Shown here: piece after piece, positions 1 to 8,042 of the stretch
Layout: each line of letters begins with the position of its first letter
How positions within the stretch are numbered: position 1 is the first letter of the stretch
From: Spirogloea muscicola
Lineage: Eukaryota
DNA length: 20,000 bases
Direction of reading: 5' to 3'
Assembly (NCBI GenBank): GCA_009602725.1
Contig: WELB01000025.1
Location: 628,014 to 648,013, forward strand
Notes under the pieces: model-generated
Told to the model about the DNA's origin: nothing
Databases searched by the model: none
What the model saw: only the letters and a program-made list of their open reading frames with translations
Position numbers and translations under genes: made by a program

Positions 1-101
1 ACACCTCTATCAGTTCCTCCATATCTCAATCTCATGATGCCCAAAATACAATGTCTTTGACGTCTCTTTGCACTGGAGTCACAATAATTCGCCAGATTTT
101 A

Positions 102-3100
102 TCAGTAGGTTGGCGCTTGCAAGAAGACATCGTCAGCATTACCGTCACTGCAAAAAAGGCCTGGATTCTGGGTGAAGCCCTGCTGGTGGAGCATCTGCCG
201 AGCTCCCAGCACCAGCTGTCGGAATGTCACCTGCCCCTGCTGTGACAGAATCGTCTGGATGGAATGGCTCAGCGCGCCATATGCCTGCCGAGGATTTCCT
301 GCTGGATCTGCATAGGTCAGCCACATGGGGCATCACATACAACATCCCACGTGACCAGTAGTATCTCAGCTGACAGACTTGCTATAAGTCTAATCTCATT
401 GGCATTTGGCAGAGCTTTACCAATATTACTCTATAACAGTATAACAGTAAAACAGTATAACAGTATAACAGTGCAAAATCAAGCAGTATGGATTAATGGA
501 TTAATACATTCATACTACTCTACTCTAAATGCTTTTCCACAGGGTATCTGTGAGGAGAAGCAAGTCTTTATCTGGACCTTAGCATGCATCTGGCTCAACG
601 AGCTTGCAAAGAACACCATGGGCACAAGCGACAAGACAGGAGGAAGGCTACAGCACCAGCATCAGCTGAGGTCTCATTGTGCTGGCAGCCACTGATAAGG
701 ATGCCCATATCGCCACGAACGGTGGCCCCCGGTGGCCTCCAGCCTGCATATGCCATGTGGGGCTGTACATTGCCGCCGAAATTGAATGACGGACCGCCCT
801 GACCGCCACCATAGCTGCCACCTCCACCAGTGACACCTCCCGAGCCAGTTGCAGAGTTGGCAAGCTGCTGCTTCAGGTAGCTGAGCGCCGCACCCTGTAC
901 CATCCCAAACAGCCCCCCACTGCTGCCGCCGCCTCCTGCTCCAATGCCGCTGCTGCCGCCGCCAAACTGGCTTCCAGCATACTGTGCAAGGACCTTAACG
1001 AAGGTTTTCACCATGGGACTGCCAACACAACAGCAGTGAACTTTTCACAATGTCAGTAAGGTGGATCTGCTGTTGACCATGCTGACTATGTCCAAGCAGC
1101 AGTCCTGGGGGAACTGCATTGCTCCCAGTTGAAAGTGGCTCTATGATGCGGGTCACTTGAACACGTTCTGAGGAGCTGCAGAAGTGCTGGTGACAGGGCC
1201 GTCCTTCACAGGTCACACGAGACGCGACCATTGGCTCACCTGGCATCGTCACCGAACATCTGGAAGAGGCTCGTACGGATGTTGCCGACCCCCACATCCT
1301 GTCCGCTGCGCTGGCTCAGAATTTGCATCAGCATGTCCAGCGGAATGGCTTTGTTCGCATGCTGCAGGGCGCCACCGCCACTGTTGCCGCCGTAGCCGCC
1401 GTACCCGCTGGGCGCCTGCCCCTGCGCAGCACCCGGTCCGTACTGCCCAGGACGCCCCGGGGGATATGCAGGCTGGGTGCCGTCACCACCGTAGCCGCTG
1501 CTGTAGCCGCCACCGTATCCGCCGCCGCCGTAGCCGCCGCCGTAATCGGCACTAGGCCCCTGATAGGGTCCTGCTCCATAAGGTGGCGGTTGCTGGGGCC
1601 CTCCAGCCGGAAAGTCGCCACCATCATATGGACCTGGTCCAGGCTGGAAGATGCCAGCGGCGCCAACGCCGCCGCCCTCACCGGCGTCGTACTCGCCATG
1701 ATGATGATGTCGCAGTCGCTCGCCACCACCATAGTCGAACGGCGGCCCACCTTGATCTTGAGGGGGCATGCCACCATACGCGTCGCTACGTCCTCCATAC
1801 GGCTGCGGGAGGGGCGGTGGACGGTCGTACTCCTGGCCGCCATAAGGGCCGGGGGGAGGACCGGAGAGTTCTGGTCCTTGGCCGTAGCCGCCGCCACCAT
1901 CGCCGTACTCGCCAGGTCTCGGTGGCGGCGGTCGACCGTACGCGTCTCCGCCCATTATCTCAAAGCGTCCTCCACCTGTGCCGTATGGCGGCAGACCACC
2001 ACTGGCCTCGTAGCGATTGCCGCCACCATTGAAGTTACCCTCCCCCCCATAACCTTCCTCGCGACCAGCTCCATAACCGCCGCCAGCGTACTCAGCCCTC
2101 GCTGGCCCGCCTTCGCCTTCATAGCCTTCCTCTCGGTGGTGGTGGTGGTGCCGGTGATGCTCGCCACGCTCCTGGACAGCGCTGAAGTTGTCGCCCTCCA
2201 GAAAACCCCGTTCACCAACGAAACCGAAATCTGTGAGATCTCGCGTACCCAGCCCCTCTGGAATGTCCCGGCTGCCGCCGTTTCCATCATCGTCCAAGTC
2301 CTTCTTGCCAAGAACACTGCTGAACATGCCAATCAGCCCCTGCAGGCCACCGCCACCAGCCCCAGAGGCGGCTGCCGCCCCGGCTCCGCCAAGCTGCTCC
2401 TTCTCGTGGTCGATCAGACCACCGCTGTGGCAGGAGTCCGCGATGACGATGAACTTCACGCCGTCAGGAACACTGTTCACGATGTCGCGGAAGTCATCGT
2501 CTGCGCCCGCCCACATCATGTAGTCAACTCGAGGCTTAGACTTACGTAGTCACCACATGCAAAGCCCTGAAGCAGCTTCAACCCAAAGTCCCTTTCAAGC
2601 ATTTAAGGTGCAGCGACTGCCAGTCAAGGCCGTGATGCCAGTACTGCTCGCAGATGCATACCGACCAGTGAGCAGGTTCATGTCAGTGGGGACGATGCAC
2701 TGCTCCCGCCCGTCGTCGTCAGGCATTCCCGACTCCTGAGGGATCTCTGTGCCGTGGCCGGAGAAGTGGAAGAGCACGACGTCGCCCGGCGCCGTACCAC
2801 GCGCGATCTTCGCCAGTGCGCTGCGAATGTTGGCGCCCGTCGGCTGCGGGTAGCTCTGAGAATCCGAGGTTGGAGGCAAATGGGCGCAGCAATCGTCATT
2901 AGCGTAACATGCATTGAGCTCTGTGCATTGTCATTCATGGCAATCAAGTCACCCCAACAAGCATCAGCCTGGACTACTCAGCCATCCTTGGAAGATAGCG
3001 TACTAGCTCACACATGAATTTTGTGACCAACGGTATGTTTAGCCTTAGCATATAACTATATGTGTTCTTATCAGTCATTAGGCTTCAGCCGGGTCCATGC

Positions 3101-3724
3101 GGCTCGCAATAATGCGCAGCATAGCCTGGACCAGCACAGTCGGAGGAGCGGCCAGCGGCGGCAATGGTGCCGGACCTACCCGGTCGGTGTCGATCATGAC
3201 GACCACGTCGTCGGGCGAGAAGCCGAAGCGCCGCAGCAGCAGCGTCCGCATGGCCATCACGTCGTTGACGCACCCCTTGAGCTCCACCTGCGAGCCATGC
3301 CATGGCGGCCAGCTGCCAGTGAGGGGGGGCCATCGCCTACCGCTGGGCCGTTTCCGCAGCCGGGCGCGACGCCGCGGCGACTCTTCCGACGACGACGACG
3401 ACGAAGACGACCACAGCCACCGCTGCCGCAGCCCGGCGACGACGCCGCACTCGCCGCCGCAACCGCCGCCGCACTCGCGGCCGCCGCTGCCGCCGCCGCA
3501 ATTGCCGCCGCCGACGCAGCCGCCGCCACAATCGCCGCCGCAACCGCCGCCGCACTCGCCGCCTCCGCCGCAGTCGCCGCCGCAATCTCCGCCGCAGTCG
3601 CCGCCGCAATTTCGGCGACGTCTCGACGACGGACGGCCCACGGCTATCAGGCGGTGACACAGCGCGGCACACGCACCTGCGTGCCTGGGTAGTTGCAGCC
3701 GGCCAGCAGCGCCCGGCGGGCCAT
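102..3724 (-). CDS. Type II metacaspase (C14B cysteine protease), 6 exons: 3724-3677, 3287-3180, 2855-2666, 2500-1240, 1018-657, 307-102; ~724 aa
   Basis: Spliced translation [26 protein letters not shown]...[16 protein letters not shown]...HFSGHGT (catalytic His)...[15 protein letters not shown]...[12 protein letters not shown] (catalytic Cys)...NKAIPL...[16 protein letters not shown]...[21 protein letters not shown]...AYGALS...[11 protein letters not shown]. No prodomain and a long linker indicate type II (AtMC4-like). All introns are GT-AG; exon sum 2175 nt is in frame. Confidence 0.95.
432..472. repeat. Tandem 8-mer (TATAACAG) x5 in the last metacaspase intron
   Basis: tataacag tataacag taaaacag tataacag tataacag read directly. 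Confidence 0.9.
3440..3610. repeat. Degenerate 12-bp minisatellite (GCCGCCGCANTC-like) in metacaspase intron 1, with a (GAC)n run nearby at ~3388-3410
   Basis: Units such as gccgccgcactc / gccgccgcaatc / gccgccgcagtc recur; they lie between the GT donor at 3676 and the AG acceptor at 3288. Confidence 0.8.
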
Positions 3725-4008
3725 CTCGGCAACGACCGCGTCCTTCGCGCGCAGGCGGAGCCGCCGCCGCCGCCGCCGCCGCCGCCGGGGACTGCGGCGC
3801 GTTGCGCGGCGGCCTCGCTGGCGGCAGGCGGCAGCACTGGTCGAGGGCGCCAAGTGGCGGGGAGGCGCGGGCTTCGGCCAAGTGGGAGAGGGAATTCCTG
3901 CGGCTTGACGGAATTCCTCGAGTCATCCTCGGGACAGAGCGCGCGCGGTGCGCATGAAACAAAAAGGGAGGCCAATTCTAGCCTTACAAGTGTCCTGTCA
4001 ACTGGGTA

Positions 4009-5460
4009 ATGAGCTGGCTAAGTGGCATCCTGGCGTCCGCGGCCACCCTGGTACAGCATCCCGCGTTCCTCACCACACCAGCAGCGCTGCTGCAGGCCAG
4101 CCTGCCGATCAGCCGTGGCGGCTTGGGATGCCGCTCAGTTGCCCGCGGCTGCGAGGCGGCCTACATGGGTAGCTGGGCTCAGGTGGCAGCCCCAATGAGC
4201 CAGAGGTTCCTCGTGGACGGCCAGCGCGTCCTGGAGCGGGTGGCAGCTGAGGTGGAGATCGGTCAGCTGCCTTTTCAGGTTGCCCTCCGCTCTGCCCGCG
4301 ACGGGCTCCTGGCGGTCCACCCCCGCATGTCGGAACAGGCTGTTCCTTTCATCCACCTCGCCCACACCCCAGACCAGCGTGCCCAGGCACGCTTCTCGGC
4401 GTTGGTTGAACAAGCGGCCTCCGACCAGGTGGTGGAGCTTCTCCCCCCGGCTGACCTGCGAGGGCGCGCCCGGCTGCTCTCAGCCTCCTCCCCTGGGGCG
4501 GCGGCGTGGCTATCGGCGCTTCCACTCCACGCGGCGCTCACAATGCCTGACGAGGTCTTCCGGACGGCGGTCCACCGGCTCTTGGGCCTCCTTCCCCCCT
4601 GCCTCGTGGGCGTCCCTCAATGCGAGTGCGGTGCCCGACACGATGATCCTGCGGAGCTGGCCGCCCACATGCTCCGTTGCGCCCACGGGGGGGAGCGGAC
4701 CGCTTCCCATGACCTCCTGCGCGACGGTATGCAGGGGGTGTTTTCGGAGGCGGGCTTCAAGGTTGCGGTAGAGAACTCGTCAATCATGCCCATTCAGCTG
4801 GGCGCGGACGGCCAGCCCCATACGCGACGCGCTGACCTGGTCGCCATCCCTCCCGGCGGCGGTCCCCGCATCATCGCTGATGTGGTGACAACAGACTGCA
4901 TCGACTCCGCCAACCCCACCAGATCGGCGTCGTTTGCAGGGCACGCGGTCGGCCAGGCGGCCCGCGGCAAGGAGCGAAAATACGCTGATCACCCGGTGGG
5001 GGATGAATTCGCGGCCCTGGCGATGGATGTACACGGGGCTTTCGGCAGCCGCTGGCTGGATCTCATTCAGCGGCTTGCTCGCCAGGCCATTGACCGGCGG
5101 CCGGGTCTGCCAGGGGCGATGCCCGGCTTCAACGCCGCCGGGTCGCTCGCACAAGTCTTCCGCATGCGCCTGGCCGTATCGCTTCAACGCTCCCTTGCCC
5201 ACCACGCCGTCCATACGCGCGCAGGCCGTGCTATGGCCGCCGCCTCTGGGTCTCGGCGGAGCGCCTCTTTCCCTGCAGCGAGCTACTCAGACCTGATGTT
5301 GCTTACTCGTAGGTACTGAGCTTTCCTCTGCATCGTTTCTGTGTTCTGCAGTATGTTGTAGTGTAGTCCTTTCTCCGGCTCCTCTTGCTTTGGCTTTAAA
5401 CATTGTCCATTCTTTTTTGGGCTGGCTTGGCCAGCCCCTCTTTTCTATGGGCGCGCTCTT
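4009..5460 (+). mobile_element. 5'-truncated non-LTR retrotransposon, RLE type (CRE-like). ORF 4009-5319 (436 aa) encodes the post-RT/thumb region, a zinc knuckle and a PD-(D/E)xK endonuclease, followed by a 3' tail
   Basis: QASLPISRGGLG (end-of-RT thumb motif), AWLSALP...FRTAV..LLG, CECG...HMLRC zinc knuckle, then SHD...E...RRADL...ADVV...KERKY...FAALAMDVHGAFG, the motif order of RLE endonucleases. No YxDD RT core; in-frame stop upstream at 3979. The 3' boundary is approximate. Confidence 0.85.
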
Positions 5461-5559
5461 CTCGCTAAGGGGGACGTTGCTATCCCCGAGTGAGCACATG
5501 CATGTCTGACAAGCTATACTGAGGCGCCAAACCACCACCACGGAAGCCGTTAGCCTGGG

Positions 5560-5960
5560 CTAATGCACGACCAGCACGCCAGTGTATCGCAAGTGCCCTG
5601 GGAGCGCTGTAGACTCAATGATAGCCGCATTCTATAGCATGCAACGATGGCTTGCGGGACGCTAGAATGCCCTGAGCTACCCGCCCGACTGCATGTCGAC
5701 GAGCATCGACATGCAGTGCCAGGCGATGGAGGAGGGAAGACCACTTCGTTCCATAGCCGCCGCATGTGTCCATGGCGCATGGGAACAAGTGGTCGGCCCG
5801 GGGGTGGTCATTATAGTGCCTCTCCTTCTTCCTCTCCGCACGATGTGTCGCCCAACCTGGCACATTCGGTGTGGGTGCCCCTGGTTGCAATGCGTCGATG
5901 AGAACGACGTCGAGGAAAAGACGAGGCCCACCACTCCGGGGGTGGCCACCACAAAGAGTC
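5560..5960 (-). mobile_element. Degenerate RLE endonuclease fragment from a more distant subfamily
   Basis: GGPRLFLDVVLID...KKERHYNDHP...AMDTCGGYGTKWSSLLHRLA, then after a frameshift YRMRLSLSLQRS; aligns by eye with GGPRIIADVVTTD...KERKYADHP...AMDVHGAFGSRWLDLIQRLA...FRMRLAVSLQRS. Confidence 0.8.
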
Positions 5961-6039
5961 ATCCTCGGGAGAGAAGATGCCCCTCGGTGTGCATGACCTG
6001 AAGATGGAATAATGAAGGTGGCTCTACCTTCGTATAGTG

Positions 6040-6305
6040 GCCCGCCGCCACGGGCAGCAGAGCGAGCAGCCTGGCTGCAATGTCGCCGGGTCTCTCGCTC
6101 AAGTCTTCCGGATGCGCTTGGCCTTGCAGCGGTCCCTTGCCTTCGCGGTTCACTTGCGCGCAGGCCGCGCTTTGGCGGCGGCCTCCAGCTTCCGTCTTCA
6201 GGCCCCGCAGTCGCTGCTTAGCTCGTAGTTTGGCCCCTTCGAACCTTGTCAATTCTTTTCGGGCTGGCTTCTCACAGCCCTTGCCCCCATCGGGAGAGCC
6301 ACTTC
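6040..6305 (+). mobile_element. 3' fragment of the same retroelement family with tail
   Basis: PGCNVAGSLAQVFRMRLALQRSLAFAVHLRAGRALAAAS matches the C-terminus of ORF 4009-5319; tail hairpin at 6261-6280. Confidence 0.85.
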
Positions 6306-6319
6306 TTCCGTCAGGGCGA

Positions 6320-6480
6320 CATCTATCCGCCTGCTAGCTATTCCGATTTGCATCTACTGACTAGAAATTACTGAGAGTCCCCTTGCTGCCGTCTTAGCAC
6401 TTAGTACCTTGCTTTCTGCGCCATTCGGCTCCGTTCAGACCTTGTCCATTCCTTTGGGCTGGCCTCTCACAGCCACCAGT
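6320..6480 (+). mobile_element. Short 3'-end copy (last codons plus tail)
   Basis: 6327-6374 translates PPASYSDLHLLTRNY* versus PAASYSDLMLLTRRY*; followed by ccttgtccattcctttgggctggcctctcacagcc. Confidence 0.8.
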
Positions 6481-6499
6481 CAATTGGGCCGCGCTTTCT

Positions 6500-6560
6500 T
6501 CTACCAAAGGGGGCAAGGGCTGTAAACAGCCAGCCTGAAAAGCGCTGACAAGGTCCGAAG
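6500..6560 (-). mobile_element. Tail-only copy, inverted relative to the preceding copy
   Basis: Reverse complement ccttgtcagcgcttttcaggctggctgtttacagcccttgccccctttgg matches 6244-6290. Confidence 0.75.
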
Positions 6561-6684
6561 AATGCGAGAATGGCTTGCCCGACGAATGACAGTGGCTCTC
6601 CCAAGAAACCAGCATTTGCGGAGGGCTGCCCAATCTGGGCTTGCCAATCACAGCCATCGCCATGCACTGAAAGGGACTTTCTTT

Positions 6685-7200
6685 CTGGAGGGGGCGAGGG
6701 CTGTGGAAACCAGCCCGGACAGGTGAAAGAAGATGGTCTGAGGGGCCGGAAGGCGCTAAGACCGGACAGCGATGTAAGTGGCTACAGCGGATGGGAGCTC
6801 GGTGGCCCCTAATCAGCAGCCGCATGTCGGAGTACCTTGCAGCTGGAAAAATCACTGTGACGAGACCCAGAAGCGGCAGCCAAAGCGCGGCCTGCCCGCT
6901 GGTGCACTGCATGAGCCTGGGATTGCTGAAGAGAGACGGAGAGACGGAGAGCATGCGGAACACCTGAGTAAAGCGACCCAGCGGCGCTGAAGCCGGGCAG
7001 CTCAGCATGCAGTCCGTGGCTACAATTGATGGCCCGCCTCGCAAGCCGTTGCAGGAGATCCAGCCATTGGCTGCCAGACAACCCGTATACATCCATCGCC
7101 AGTGCACAAACTCGTCACCGGCAGGGTGGTCCGCGTACTTGCGCTCATCACCGCCCGCAGCCTTGCCAAGCGCGTACCTTGCCTCCACCGCCGATCTGGT
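6685..7200 (-). mobile_element. Frameshifted RLE-domain 3' fragment with tail
   Basis: ERKYADHPAGDEF / MDVYGLSGSQWLDLLQRLARRAI...PGFSAAGSL / QVFRML / SLQQSQAHAVHQRAGRALAAASGSR / FPAARYSDMRLLIRG across shifting frames; hairpin at 6698-6716. Confidence 0.88.
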
Positions 7201-7261
7201 GGGATATGAAAGGAAGGAAGAAGCAGCCCTTTCAAGTTGGAAGAACAAGTAGCTCTTCTTC

Positions 7262-7490
7262 TAGATGGGGCAAGGACCAGCCCACAAAAGTATGACAAGG
7301 CCAGGAGAGACATGCAGGAAAACACGGAAATCACCAAGGATGGCCGCTCAGTAACCCTTGACTGAGCTGCAAGCCTGAGGCCGCAAGTCAAGTCTAAGTA
7401 GCAACCAAGGGAGGCCATGCCGAGCCAGGTCACAAAACCCTTGCAAAGCACGTCAATGGCTGAGCCAGGACTCTGTGCAGGCGTTCCAGT
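7262..7490 (-). mobile_element. Highly decayed 3'-end copy
   Basis: Reverse complement contains gctacttagacttga (cf. gctactcagacctga at 5282), ggttactgagc, and ccttgtcatacttttgtgggctgg. Confidence 0.6.
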
Positions 7491-7519
7491 GATTTGCAGG
7501 TTGTCCAGGTCTTAGCTGC

Positions 7520-7650
7520 AGCCAGGTTTTGTTGAGCACCCATTCATTCTAGGCACTTGCACAGCTGTGTCGTTTGCACTTTCCGGCCCCTTTGGGTCTG
7601 TCCAGTTATTCTGGGCTGGCCCTTCGCAGCCATCGCCCCCTTTGGCTTAC
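7520..7650 (+). mobile_element. Tail-only copy
   Basis: gagcacccattcattctaggcacttgcacagctgt...ttccggcccc...gggctggcccttcgcagccatcgccccctttgg aligns with the reverse complements of 6690-6800 and 19262-19380. Confidence 0.7.
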
Positions 7651-7814
7651 CTTCCCTATATTTTGTGTTGGAGTTGGGCAGTGGCTGTGGATGGCCAGTA
7701 TCAGGATGAGTCATCGCAGGGTCGGGGGAGAAGATGCTGACAGTCTCCTTTGGTAACAGCTACGGTCACCATTTACCCCATGTTGCTCGACATTCCAACA
7801 AGGTCTATGGTCAA

Positions 7815-7850
7815 TACGACCTTCCGCTGCTGATAAGGGGTTACTGAGTC
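7815..7850 (+). mobile_element. Very short remnant of the element's terminal codons
   Basis: 7815-7847 translates YDLPLLIRGY*, cf. YSDMRLLIRGH and YSDLMLLTRRY*. Confidence 0.45.
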
Positions 7851-8042
7851 TCGGACACAGACCTAACGCAAGCGGCCTGAAGCGTCACAATGATCAGTAC
7901 GCTGTAACTTCTTCGATGTGCACATGCAACACTTGAATACGCACTCGATGATCCACACAAGGATCAAATATTCAGTTCACATGGCATGTGGCGCTTGTCC
8001 ACATAGCAGCTGTTAATGAGAGGCACAGCAGACAAGCAAGTC

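Noticed and set aside
1323..2549. 408-aa plus-strand ORF
   Set aside because: Antisense shadow of GC-rich metacaspase exon 4; no recognisable motifs
3097..3657. Extensin-like [11 protein letters not shown] on the plus strand
   Set aside because: Antisense translation of the intron-1 minisatellite; overlaps metacaspase exon 2 and has no signal peptide
5401..7645. CRISPR-like array or RNA-guided nuclease system (hairpin repeats next to a nuclease ORF)
   Set aside because: Repeats are degenerate, irregularly spaced, in both orientations and mostly attached to retroelement C-terminal codons; no Cas, TnpB or Fanzor motifs seen
5320..7850. Hammerhead or HDV ribozyme in the tails
   Set aside because: No CUGANGA/GAAA core or nested pseudoknot recognised by eye; an Infernal search would be needed
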